From positions 1 to 48,602 of IMG/VR virus record IMGVR_UViG_3300014208_000011: a stretch of DNA of 48,602 nucleotides; one strand, given 5' to 3'. This document shows positions 36,619 to 46,124 of the stretch, piece by piece. The notes beneath the pieces were generated by a model. It searched no databases and was not told the origin of the DNA. It was given only the letters and a program-made list of their open reading frames with translations. Positions within the stretch are counted from its first letter, which is position 1, and the number at the start of each line of letters is the position of its first letter. This stretch comes from a virus. Taxonomy: Duplodnaviria > Caudoviricetes. Made by a program: the position numbers and the translations under genes.

Positions 36619-37588
36619 TATAGCACTCTCAATTCTCATTCCAAGTCGCAACGAAAATTTCCTTGCGAGAACCATACAGGACATTCTCGAACACAGTGAA
36701 GCAAACATTGAGATTATAGCTTTACTGGACGGTCAATGGGCGAATCCGGCTATTCCGCAACATCCTCAAGTGAATGTCATCTTTGTACCGGAGAGTATCG
36801 GACAAAGAGCAGGAACTAGTCTTGCGTGTAAACTGGCACAAGGAAAGTATATTGCCAAACTTGACGCCCACTGTGCTTTTGACCAGGGCTGGGATAGGAA
36901 AATGATTGAGTTTATGGAAAAGCACGGAGATGATACGGTGGCTGTGCCCATAATGCGCAACCTGTGGGCGTTTGATTTTAAATGTTATCATTGTGGATGG
37001 AAGAAATATCAAGGTCCGACACCGACAGAATGCGGTGCTTGCGGGAAAAAAGACAAAATACGCAAGAAAATGATGTGGGTAGGGAAGCATAACCCTCAAA
37101 GTTGGAGTTTTTGTTTCGACAATGAACCGCATTTCCAGTATTTCGAGGACTATAAACACCGCCCTGGAATACGAGACAAAGCACAAAAAGAAGGGTATAG
37201 TGAAACTATGAGTCTTCAGGGAAGTTTTTGGATGATGAGCCGTGAGAAGTATTTGGAGTATATCCCGACACGAGAGCATTTCGGAAGCTGGGGAAATGAA
37301 GGACTTGAAATAGCGTGTCTCGGATGGCTGACAGGAGGAAGAGTGCTTGTCAATCACGAAACGTGGTATGCCCATTTATTCAGAACTCAAGGCGGTGATT
37401 TCGGATTCCCCTATCACCAATCGGGACGGGAAGTGGACAAAACCAAGAATACTGTGTGGGAGTTTATCAAACAAGGAAAGTTACCGAATCAGAAACATCC
37501 TGTCTCGTGGCTGGTGGAAAAGTTTGCACCGGTTTCCGGGTGGAGTGAAGAAGACTTGCAAAGATTGAAGAAAGAGGAGAAGATATAG
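36611..37588 (+). CDS. GT-A glycosyltransferase, ppGalNAc-T (GT27)-like paralog 2, with Zn-ribbon insert
   Basis: LSILIPSRNE, LDAHC..GW and WGNEGLEIACLGWLTGG...HLFR motifs; insert CYHC..CGAC. Confidence 0.85.
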   Translation: MNNIALSILIPSRNENFLARTIQDILEHSEANIEIIALLDGQWANPAIPQHPQVNVIFVPESIGQRAGTSLACKLAQGKYIAKLDAHCAFDQGWDRKMIEFMEKHGDDTVAVPIMRNLWAFDFKCYHCGWKKYQGPTPTECGACGKKDKIRKKMMWVGKHNPQSWSFCFDNEPHFQYFEDYKHRPGIRDKAQKEGYSETMSLQGSFWMMSREKYLEYIPTREHFGSWGNEGLEIACLGWLTGGRVLVNHETWYAHLFRTQGGDFGFPYHQSGREVDKTKNTVWEFIKQGKLPNQKHPVSWLVEKFAPVSGWSEEDLQRLKKEEKI

Positions 37589-37633
37589 AAAGAAGAATAA
37601 TAAACCATCACATTTATTTGTTGTGGTTTTTTT

Positions 37634-38629
37634 ATGGCTATAGCATTAGTACAACATGCGGCGGCAGGAGGAACAGCGGATACTGTCACCACAAGCGGAG
37701 TAGATACTACCGGTGCTAATTTAATTGTAATTGGTGTCACTTTTGACACCACCGCCGCTAGAACGATCGCCGACAATAAAAGTAATACTTGGACACCCTT
37801 AACTGCGACCACCAGTACTTCTGCTGGTGCTCAAATCTATTATTGTCTTGGGCCCACAGTTGGAACAGGTCACACGTTTTCAAATACCGGATCTGGAAAT
37901 TACAGCACCATATTCATGTCGGCTTATAGCGGAGTGCTGGCTAGTCTAGCATTTGACAAAGAGAATGGAGCGACCGGTTCCGGAACAACTCTCGCTACCG
38001 GAAGTGTCACTCCGGCAGTTGATGGAGAACTTTTGGTTACTTTTTTTGGATTCAATCAGGCAGGAGCTCCCGTGAGTATCAATAGCGGATTTGCTGAAAC
38101 GGATACAGAAATTGAGTTTTCATCAGGTAATCATTACGGTGGAGCGATGGCTTATTTGGTGCAAACTACCGCGGCGGCTATAAACCCCACTTGGACTCGA
38201 ACCAATACCCAAACTAACTCTGCCAGAATTGCGACCTTCAAACCAGTAGCGGGTTCATTTTCTCCCTCAATCTCACCGAGTATCAGCCCATCTATCAGTC
38301 CATCACGAAGCCCCTCCGTATCAGTATCAATTTCACCAAGTCGTTCACCATCAGTAAGCCCGAGTGTCTCGGTTTCTCTCTCTCCATCCGCAAGCCCGTC
38401 GGTATCAATATCCGTTTCACCTTCCATATCACAATCCCTCTCTCCGAGTGAAAGTCCTTCGCCGTCTTTGTCGCAATCTATTTCACCAAGTCTCAGTCCG
38501 TCTGTTTCTCCGAGTATGGGTCCGATTTATCCAGTGAGCAGAATTGACTATACAAGAATACATAGTTATACTAGGGACATACAACCGCGAGTTCATATTG
38601 ATTCTATTATTCCACGATCGCATTTATGA
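37634..38629 (+). CDS. Virion protein with internal (Ser-X)n tract
   Basis: T/G/A-rich beta domain, then 87 aa of Ser-alternating repeat and a short C-terminus. Confidence 0.7.
   Translation: MAIALVQHAAAGGTADTVTTSGVDTTGANLIVIGVTFDTTAARTIADNKSNTWTPLTATTSTSAGAQIYYCLGPTVGTGHTFSNTGSGNYSTIFMSAYSGVLASLAFDKENGATGSGTTLATGSVTPAVDGELLVTFFGFNQAGAPVSINSGFAETDTEIEFSSGNHYGGAMAYLVQTTAAAINPTWTRTNTQTNSARIATFKPVAGSFSPSISPSISPSISPSRSPSVSVSISPSRSPSVSPSVSVSLSPSASPSVSISVSPSISQSLSPSESPSPSLSQSISPSLSPSVSPSMGPIYPVSRIDYTRIHSYTRDIQPRVHIDSIIPRSHL
38255..38515 (+). repeat. (Ser-X)n / SPS repeat tract 2 (87 aa)
   Basis: SFSPSISPSISPS...SPSLSPSVSPS. Confidence 0.95.
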
Positions 38630-40017
38630 AAACAATATTTATCTCCAATAAGGAATTGATTGAGAATGCGCCTCATAGCAATCTTAGTTCAACCGTTGCC
38701 TCGGGTGTTTCTACCCTAAGCGTTTATTCCATTTCCCAATTTGCCATCAATAAGGTTCTTCTTATTGGGGAATTCGGACAAGAGGGTTCTGAAATTATCA
38801 AGACACATTCCGCAACCGCACCGACAGGGACAACGATTACGTTGGCGACTGCTCTTGCAAAATCTCACCCGAAAGATGTCAAAGTTTCTATTCTTCCCTA
38901 CGACCAAGCTGAATTTTCGTATGCTTCGACAGCGACAGGCTCGAAGACTGTTCTTGCTACATCGGATATTGATGAAGAAGCCAATGAGACATCGTATGAC
39001 GACACGACCTATACATCAGGCTACTATTTCACTCGATTCAAGAACTCCATCAATGGAAACTATTCAGCGTATTCCGACCCGATTCCGTATGCAGGATTCA
39101 ACAGCAACACGGTCAGCTATATCGTTCAGTTGTGTCTGAGCGAAACAGGCAAGAAAGTATCAGAAACCCTCACGTATGAGCGTTTAACACAAGAAATAAA
39201 CGCTTGTTTGCGGTATGTTAGAGGGAAACTTAAGACGTGGAGCAATATGCAGGAGTTTGATTATGTCTTGGATCAAATGCACCGAGGCGAATACTCGTGG
39301 ACACTACCGACCACTTACTACGATAAGAATTCCAATCGTTCGATGCTTCAAGTGAAGGTGGGAAAAGACAGAAAACTTGACTATAAAGATAAGATTGAAT
39401 TCGATCAATACTTTGAAGATACGGTGGTATCACAAGCTACAGCGGCTCTTATCGGCGCCGTCTCTGTTGTCCTGGATTCGACTGATGATTTTCCTTCTTC
39501 AGGAACGGCTCACTTTTATATCAGCAATACGCAATACGACATAGCGTTCACGGCGAATAACAAAACAACCAATACACTTACCTGTACCGCTTTGACGATA
39601 GCTTTACCGGAAGACACGAATGTGTGGTACAACGAATCGGAAGGAACACCGCAGTTCTTCTCCGTGTGGGACGGTTCCTTGTATGTATGGCCGATTTGCA
39701 ATGCTACAACCAACGGGAAAAACATCTATCTTGATTTTTATACGGATATTACGGAAGTTGATTCGGACGCCGATGAGATTACGCTGGCTCGGTATGATAT
39801 GGTCAAACACTGGCTCAAATGGCAAATACGAAATATCACTGAGAAACAAGGCGTCCCGGACTTTCAGGACGGTGATTGGTTGATGTTTAGCCAAATGCTC
39901 ACTGACGCCGTACGGAGAGAATCCTCTGGACAAAAACACAAATTATCCCCAAGAATAAACGGTATCAATTATCGAGGCGAGGGACGAGTAACCAATCAAT
40001 CTTTTGACGTAACATGA
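38626..40017 (+). CDS. Head-tail adaptor-like virion protein
   Basis: 463 aa; YSWTLP and GTPQFFSVWDGSLYVWP resemble adaptor motifs; lies before the tail stabilisation gene. Confidence 0.55.
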   Translation: MKTIFISNKELIENAPHSNLSSTVASGVSTLSVYSISQFAINKVLLIGEFGQEGSEIIKTHSATAPTGTTITLATALAKSHPKDVKVSILPYDQAEFSYASTATGSKTVLATSDIDEEANETSYDDTTYTSGYYFTRFKNSINGNYSAYSDPIPYAGFNSNTVSYIVQLCLSETGKKVSETLTYERLTQEINACLRYVRGKLKTWSNMQEFDYVLDQMHRGEYSWTLPTTYYDKNSNRSMLQVKVGKDRKLDYKDKIEFDQYFEDTVVSQATAALIGAVSVVLDSTDDFPSSGTAHFYISNTQYDIAFTANNKTTNTLTCTALTIALPEDTNVWYNESEGTPQFFSVWDGSLYVWPICNATTNGKNIYLDFYTDITEVDSDADEITLARYDMVKHWLKWQIRNITEKQGVPDFQDGDWLMFSQMLTDAVRRESSGQKHKLSPRINGINYRGEGRVTNQSFDVT

Positions 40018-41465
40018 AAAACGCAAAACCTATTTTTGTCAGGGACTTTTCACGCGGGACTATTCGTACCGTTCAGTCTTCGGTTGTTCCTCAAAACTCC
40101 GTCAAGCAATCCATCAATATGGACTCGGATAAGGAACTCGGTTCTTTGGTTTCACGTCTTGGAACGGACAGAATAGGCACGCAAACGGTAGCCTCCGCTA
40201 CTTGCAAGGGATTACATTATCATCGTGATACGGTGGCGAGTAATCATAAACTCTTCGGAGTTTTTTCAGATGGTGCGAATAATAATATCTATGACGTTCT
40301 AACCGGTTCCGCTTCTCTTTCCGGTGATACGACCGGGTTAAAGACACGATTTTGCACCTATTTAGGATCGACAGTCCGTGTCAATGGGACAGATGCCTGC
40401 AAATCATATAACGGTTCCGCGTGGGTAACATCGGGAGGGGCATTTGACGAGGCTGATATGCCGAAAGGAAAAGTTGTTATCGAATGGAAAGACCGCATTT
40501 ATACCGCTATTCATGACATATTGTATTACTCAACCGTCGCCGATCCGGACGCTCGAACGATAAGCTGGACGATAACCGCCGATGATGCCGATTCCGCAGG
40601 ACAGATAGAAATGGAACAAGAAGACGGAGGAGGTGATATCACGGCACTGGAAAAAGTCCCCGGGTATCTACTCGTCTTCAAGGAGCGTGCTATGAAACGA
40701 TGGGACGGCTCTTCTACCTATCCCGAGGATCTGGTCAATATAGGCGCACCATCGCAAGAAGCTGTCTGTCGTGGACGCGGTATGGTGTTTATCGCCAATC
40801 AGGAAGGATTGTGGGCTACCAATGGCGGATACCCGAAGAAGATGTCCAAGCCGGTTCAAGACCTGTGGGACGCCATACCTGCTGCCAATCTCCCCTCTAT
40901 CGCCACTGTCTGCGATGAAACCTATGTCTATGTATATGTCGGCGATATCACGATCGGAGACAATGTTTTGACAAATGTGTGCTTCAAGTTCAATATCGAT
41001 TCACAGTCTTTTGATGTGTATTCTTACTACGATGACTTCACCGTTTTCGCCTGGTACATTTCTTCATCTCAAAAAGTGATTATCGCCGGTAATAAGAACG
41101 GAGAAGCGATACAGATAAACACCGGAAATACCGATTATGCTTCAACCCCGCAACCGATCACGTGGTCGGTGGAAACCCAAGATATGGAATTTGGAGGGAG
41201 AAGAAGCATCAAGGAAGTGATACGAACCGTAGTTCTGACCAAGAATGTCCGCACCGGTGTGTTTATGGTGCGTTCCGATTCCGATAGGGATAAAGATTGG
41301 AAAACTGTATGCAACATTGTGTCCGATGTAGAAGATGTCGATACGGTGAAAGCACTTGGACATTGGTTCAACTTTAAAACAACAGGGGTAACCGATACGG
41401 GACAGGTAACTTTCCTTGGTTTTGAATTTCCGGAACAAAGTGTTAATATATCATTAAACGTATGA
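40014..41465 (+). CDS. Tail tubular/stabilisation protein (P22 gp10 / T7 gp12-like propeller)
   Basis: 483 aa, beta-rich; WKDRIY, ITAL...LLVFKE and SKPVQ motifs. Confidence 0.65.
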   Translation: MKNAKPIFVRDFSRGTIRTVQSSVVPQNSVKQSINMDSDKELGSLVSRLGTDRIGTQTVASATCKGLHYHRDTVASNHKLFGVFSDGANNNIYDVLTGSASLSGDTTGLKTRFCTYLGSTVRVNGTDACKSYNGSAWVTSGGAFDEADMPKGKVVIEWKDRIYTAIHDILYYSTVADPDARTISWTITADDADSAGQIEMEQEDGGGDITALEKVPGYLLVFKERAMKRWDGSSTYPEDLVNIGAPSQEAVCRGRGMVFIANQEGLWATNGGYPKKMSKPVQDLWDAIPAANLPSIATVCDETYVYVYVGDITIGDNVLTNVCFKFNIDSQSFDVYSYYDDFTVFAWYISSSQKVIIAGNKNGEAIQINTGNTDYASTPQPITWSVETQDMEFGGRRSIKEVIRTVVLTKNVRTGVFMVRSDSDRDKDWKTVCNIVSDVEDVDTVKALGHWFNFKTTGVTDTGQVTFLGFEFPEQSVNISLNV

Positions 41466-41466
41466 T

Positions 41467-42660
41467 ATGTATACACTTTACGATATAGGATTTGATAGTT
41501 TCTTGACAAAAGGAGATATTTTACAAGGTATCAGTTTTGCTTCTGCTGAAAAGATAGAAAGCGCACTTCCAAACAAATTCACCGATAATGTCCGACCATC
41601 AGAGATAAAATCAGGAGAACTCTCGGGAAATCTCAATGTTGTCAAAGGGTATCTGCAAAGTTCAAACTTTCAGACAGGTGTCAACGGTTGGAAGTTCGAT
41701 GCCGTAGGGAACCTTGAAGCCAATTCTGGTACATTCAGAGGCTCATTGTACGCGACCGCAGGAAATATCGGAGGTTGGGTCATTGATGCGAACGGTTTGT
41801 ATTACAACGGATCGGGAACGCCCAATATCCGCACATCAGCCACTGTAGGTTCGGGAGCAAATGGTGTTATCCTTGATAACGCCGGAATAAGAGTGTATGA
41901 CGCTATTCTCGGTGTGGTGGTCAATCTTCCGTCCGACGGATCGGCACCGACATTCTCATCAGGGGAAATCAATGAGACAACATTTGAAATCAGTACGAAT
42001 GCGGTACTTCGAACATCGGAAACAGCAGGAGACGGAACAGCAAACAGTGCGGGCGTGCTCATCAACAATTCGGGATTCTACGGTATGGGAGCCAATCAAA
42101 CACCGGCAACCGCCAATGTCCGTATCCTCAATGACGGTAATGCTTATTTTACCGGAGATATATCGGCATCAGGCATATCAGGAAGCGATATTGTCGGTAG
42201 CAGTATTACCGGATCGACCGTAACTGGAGGACTGGTGCGAACTGCCGAAACAGGGAGAAGAATCGAGATGGATTCATCAGGTATCACACTGTTATCGGGT
42301 GCTACGGCTGGAAAATACGGCACTTTTAAATACGGAGCAAGACGATACGGTACGGGAGCTTTGGCAAAAATAAACAACACTTCACTTCGAGTTCCTTTTT
42401 ACATCATGGAAGAGCAGACAGTCGGGGATTTGCATCTCTACAACAGAAGCGCTGAACCGACCGGAACGGCGGAAGTTGGAGACTTAGCAGTCATCAGTGG
42501 AAACCTCGCACTGTGTACCACGGCCGGAACACCCGGAGTGTGGACAACGCTTGGAATGCCCGGTGCTGTTGTCTCCTCACTCTCTCCTTCAATCAGTCCA
42601 TCAGTTTCCCCGTCTGTTTCTCAATCAATAAGCCCAAGTATCAGTCCTTCGGTTTCATAA
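41467..42660 (+). CDS. Tail fibre-like protein with C-terminal (Ser-X)n tail
   Basis: QSSNFQTGVNGWK, GNIGGWVI and Gly-periodic shaft; ends SLSPSISPSVSPSVSQSISPSISPSVS. Confidence 0.7.
   Translation: MYTLYDIGFDSFLTKGDILQGISFASAEKIESALPNKFTDNVRPSEIKSGELSGNLNVVKGYLQSSNFQTGVNGWKFDAVGNLEANSGTFRGSLYATAGNIGGWVIDANGLYYNGSGTPNIRTSATVGSGANGVILDNAGIRVYDAILGVVVNLPSDGSAPTFSSGEINETTFEISTNAVLRTSETAGDGTANSAGVLINNSGFYGMGANQTPATANVRILNDGNAYFTGDISASGISGSDIVGSSITGSTVTGGLVRTAETGRRIEMDSSGITLLSGATAGKYGTFKYGARRYGTGALAKINNTSLRVPFYIMEEQTVGDLHLYNRSAEPTGTAEVGDLAVISGNLALCTTAGTPGVWTTLGMPGAVVSSLSPSISPSVSPSVSQSISPSISPSVS
42577..42657 (+). repeat. (Ser-X)n / SPS repeat tract 3 (27 aa)
   Basis: Ends with SPSISPSVS-stop, identical to tract 1. 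Confidence 0.95.
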
Positions 42661-42670
42661 CAACAATCAT

Positions 42671-42883
42671 ATGATTATAGACATCAAAGAATTACTTATC
42701 CCAACATTGGAGCGTATAGCTTCCGAAAACGGATTACGACCTGAAATATATGCTCGCAACATTGTCGAGTCGTTTTTGGAATCACAGTATCGAGGAGAAG
42801 TGATTGATAAATTTAAACATGCAAGACTTGAAGATTTGAAGATTATAAAGGATAATAAACTTGGAGACCTAAAGAGAAAATAA
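42671..42883 (+). CDS. Hypothetical protein (possible fibre chaperone)
   Basis: 70 aa between two fibre genes. Confidence 0.55.
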   Translation: MIIDIKELLIPTLERIASENGLRPEIYARNIVESFLESQYRGEVIDKFKHARLEDLKIIKDNKLGDLKRK

Positions 42884-42884
42884 T

Positions 42885-43724
42885 ATGGCAATTTCGTATC
42901 CGACCAATTTGGATTCCCTTACCAACAACACCGACAGTGTTGATGATGTCGTGGCTCAAGATGTCAATGACCTCAATGATGCCGTAGAGGCTCTTGAAGC
43001 TAAAGTCGGTATCGATTCATCCGCTGTTACCACCTCTCACGATTATAAGCTCTCCGGTGTGACAGGGAGCGATAAAGCCGTATCAAAAACAGGTACGGAG
43101 ACTTTGACGAATAAGACACTCACCACTCCTGTCATTAACGGAGCAGTAACAGGTACGATTCTTAACTTTCTGATGCCAGTCGGTACTGTCTATACTAATT
43201 ATTCAGACTCAACTAACCCAGCGACTCTGTTCGGTTTTGGAACGTGGGTGGCTATCGCAGGGCGGGTCATTGTCGGTGTCGGAACATCTGACCAGGTATT
43301 CGCAGCGAGTACTACCGGAGGAGAGTCAACACATGCATTGACAACTGCAGAATTGGCAGCGCACGGACATACATTTTCAGGAACAACAGGAACGGTATCC
43401 GCTGATCATACCCACAGTGGAACTACTGGAACGGAAAGTGCAGACCACACCCACTCAACAATAATTGATAGAACTAATGATACAAATCAATCCAGTTCAT
43501 CAGTAGGATTTTTATTCAATGGAGATGATGGAACTTCAGCAAATGTTACTGCAAAAACTTCAGGTGGAAGAAGTGCAGCACATACCCACTCATTTACGAC
43601 AGCAGGAATAAGCGCTAATCATACCCACACCTACTCTGGAACAACTGCCAACGCTGGTTCAGGCACTGCTCATAATAACCTTCAGCCCTACCAGACGGCG
43701 TACATTTGGCGCAGAACCGTTTAA
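42885..43724 (+). CDS. Tail fibre/spike with T4 gp10-like collar and HxH repeats
   Basis: PVGTVY...NPATLFGFGTW...GRVIVG, TGGE..H.LT..EL..H, repeated HTH motifs and HNNLQPY..YIWRR. Confidence 0.8.
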   Translation: MAISYPTNLDSLTNNTDSVDDVVAQDVNDLNDAVEALEAKVGIDSSAVTTSHDYKLSGVTGSDKAVSKTGTETLTNKTLTTPVINGAVTGTILNFLMPVGTVYTNYSDSTNPATLFGFGTWVAIAGRVIVGVGTSDQVFAASTTGGESTHALTTAELAAHGHTFSGTTGTVSADHTHSGTTGTESADHTHSTIIDRTNDTNQSSSSVGFLFNGDDGTSANVTAKTSGGRSAAHTHSFTTAGISANHTHTYSGTTANAGSGTAHNNLQPYQTAYIWRRTV

Positions 43725-43738
43725 TATAACTTATTCCT

Positions 43739-45022
43739 ATGGCATCAATCAGCAAAGACGCTAAAAAAATACTCGCAGGATTGCCGCAAGCGACGCAAGA
43801 CTATATCACTTCTCAAGACTCGGGAGGAAATTTGACATCCGGAGAAGTCAATAAATACCTTGCAACCTATAACACACAAGAAGCCGAGAAAAAAGCAAAA
43901 TCCGACGCTATGATGGCTAAGGCACCGGATTTTCTTAAAAATGATGTTACGTTTCAGAACCTACCCGCAGACCTCAAAGAAATCGCCATCTATAACTACG
44001 AGGTGCAAAAGACACAGAACGCGCAAAAAGCGCAAGCATTGACAACGGCACTGGAACAAGCAACCGCACAAGCCGATCCGTATTGGAAACAGATTATACG
44101 AATCGCTCAAACGGAAGTGTCTAATGGTCTTGCTGATATTCAGGGCGATTATAATGCTCAAAACGACAACTTAAAACGACAGATTCAATACATTCAAGAA
44201 GATCTCTCAACGAATCGGACAAACCTTAGCCTTGACGAGCAAGCGCAGATGTCATCGCTTTTAAGTGATTTGCAGGACAGACAAAAGACATTCGAACTGA
44301 ATATGGGACAGTTGGGAGCGCAGAAAGCCTCTCAACTGGATGCTTTACAACTTGATTTCCAAAAGAGTATCGATGATATCAATCGTAACACCGAATTTTC
44401 ACAATCCGAGAAAACATCTGCTCTTGATAAGATCAATCGTGATTTCGTCGCTCAAAAAGGACAACTCATCGGACAAGCCGCCGATGCCGGTTTGACATTC
44501 GCCACGAAGCGGAAAATAGCCGAACAGCGTATGACAGCCGATAATCAAGGACTCGTAGAATCGACAACACGTCAATATAATAAACAAGCGGCTGACCTGG
44601 CTTCGAGTGCTGCTTATGCAACAGCACAGTATGGTCAACAGACTGGAAATGTCAACAGTCAGTACCAATTCAATACGGAACAACAAAAGCAGGCGAATGA
44701 TACGGCACAAAGACAGATTCAGGAACAACGCGATAAACTTCAGCGTGAGTATTCACAACAGATTGCCAAACTGGAAACGGACGCCGCACGAGGTGATACG
44801 ACGGCTCAGGCTCAAATGACTGAACTCAAGCGAAAACTCGATACCTCTTTGGCTTCGGCTGGTCTCGCGGCAGAGAAATTTTTGGGGAGTGAAAACTTGC
44901 CATCTGGTGTTCCGTCAATAGGAGGAGTTACCGGTACATTATATGAAGATAAAGCCGTCGATATAGCTAAAAGACAATCAACATTATATAATGAAGCTAC
45001 AGCAGCATCATTGAACTTTTAA
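43739..45022 (+). CDS. Internal virion / DNA ejection protein
   Basis: Gln/Ala-rich coiled coil located after the tail genes of a podovirus-like genome. Confidence 0.6.
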   Translation: MASISKDAKKILAGLPQATQDYITSQDSGGNLTSGEVNKYLATYNTQEAEKKAKSDAMMAKAPDFLKNDVTFQNLPADLKEIAIYNYEVQKTQNAQKAQALTTALEQATAQADPYWKQIIRIAQTEVSNGLADIQGDYNAQNDNLKRQIQYIQEDLSTNRTNLSLDEQAQMSSLLSDLQDRQKTFELNMGQLGAQKASQLDALQLDFQKSIDDINRNTEFSQSEKTSALDKINRDFVAQKGQLIGQAADAGLTFATKRKIAEQRMTADNQGLVESTTRQYNKQAADLASSAAYATAQYGQQTGNVNSQYQFNTEQQKQANDTAQRQIQEQRDKLQREYSQQIAKLETDAARGDTTAQAQMTELKRKLDTSLASAGLAAEKFLGSENLPSGVPSIGGVTGTLYEDKAVDIAKRQSTLYNEATAASLNF

Positions 45023-45024
45023 CT

Positions 45025-45447
45025 ATGTCAAAAAAACCCCCACATTTTTATGGAGAAGAGCATCCCGGTTGGAAAGGCGACAATGCTGGTAAATTAGCAA
45101 TGCATCATTGGGTAATCAATAGAAAGGGGAAGCCTAGTCTTTGTGAGCATTGTAAAAAAACAGATAAGAAAAAGTATGAGTGGGCTAACGTTGACCACGA
45201 ATATAAGAGAAACTTAGAAGATTACATAAGGCTTTGTACCTCCTGTCACAGAAAGTACGATATGGAAAATAACAATTATACTTCTGGTATTGAAAAAGTC
45301 AATGCTAGGGCGCAAAGGTTCCTATTCCAAGGAGAAAACCTGACTGTCCGAGAATGGGCTGAAAGATTAGGCATTGAGAGACGGACTCTTGCTTACAGAT
45401 TACAGGTAAAATTGTTGACAGTAGAACAATTTTTTAATAAGAAATAA
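45025..45447 (+). CDS. Free-standing HNH-like homing endonuclease, paralog of 27759-28343
   Basis: WKGD, HHWV, CEHC, EWAN, EDYIRLCTSCH and TVREWAERLGI motifs. Confidence 0.8.
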   Translation: MSKKPPHFYGEEHPGWKGDNAGKLAMHHWVINRKGKPSLCEHCKKTDKKKYEWANVDHEYKRNLEDYIRLCTSCHRKYDMENNNYTSGIEKVNARAQRFLFQGENLTVREWAERLGIERRTLAYRLQVKLLTVEQFFNKK

Positions 45448-45449
45448 TT

Positions 45450-46106
45450 ATGGCAGATACAATTCTCCCGAATACACTCACCGGAACCGCATCACTACCA
45501 CCGACTCCTCAGCCGGCGGTACTTCCAACTATGCCGGTAGGTCTTAAAGTACCTGAAACAACAGCAAATTTGACTGAAAAGAATCTTCCACAAGAAATTT
45601 CTAAGCTTCAGTCAGCTCAACAGAACCCAAATACGCTGGTAGACTTCCAGAAAGTAATGCAGTTGACCTCTTCACAAGCCTACAAAGACAAGCAGGCGTC
45701 TGATTTCGCAACTGAAGGAAAGGCGTTTGACCCGACAAAAGTGAGCGGAGGTACATTTGCTTCCATTATAGGCAACCTCGAATCTCAAAGAGGAGCGGAT
45801 GTCGGGAAGGTGTACGCCGCGACTTTGAACGCCTACGCAAGCGCACAGGAACAAATCACCAATCGGTTGGAGTTCTTACAGAAACTCAAACAAGCTCAGG
45901 ATCAATTTAAGGCTGAATTGAAATTAAAAAAGGAACAACTCGCTGTGGATTCTAAAAAAAATAAGAGTGTGTATGATCTTGGAATCAGAGAATTAAATCA
46001 AAAAGCAAGCCAATGGGAGAAAGATTTTGCGCTTGAAACATATAAGGCTCACAGGATAATAAATACTCAAAACGGTGAGCCTGCGTGGTCACGTCAGGAT
46101 ACTTAA
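45450..46106 (+). CDS. Internal virion / ejection protein
   Basis: Pro-rich N-terminus and helical C-terminus; position. Confidence 0.55.
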   Translation: MADTILPNTLTGTASLPPTPQPAVLPTMPVGLKVPETTANLTEKNLPQEISKLQSAQQNPNTLVDFQKVMQLTSSQAYKDKQASDFATEGKAFDPTKVSGGTFASIIGNLESQRGADVGKVYAATLNAYASAQEQITNRLEFLQKLKQAQDQFKAELKLKKEQLAVDSKKNKSVYDLGIRELNQKASQWEKDFALETYKAHRIINTQNGEPAWSRQDT

Positions 46107-46124
46107 TAACATCACGGGAATTAT

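Noticed and set aside
27063-37588. Cluster as a DNA hypermodification pathway
   Set aside because: No nucleotide-modifying partners (hydroxymethylase, kinase, DNA polymerase) are visible, and the genes lie in the late virion operon beside Ser-rich proteins. Disfavoured, not formally excluded.
41467-43724. Diversity-generating retroelement acting on tail fibres
   Set aside because: No reverse transcriptase and no template/variable repeat pair seen.
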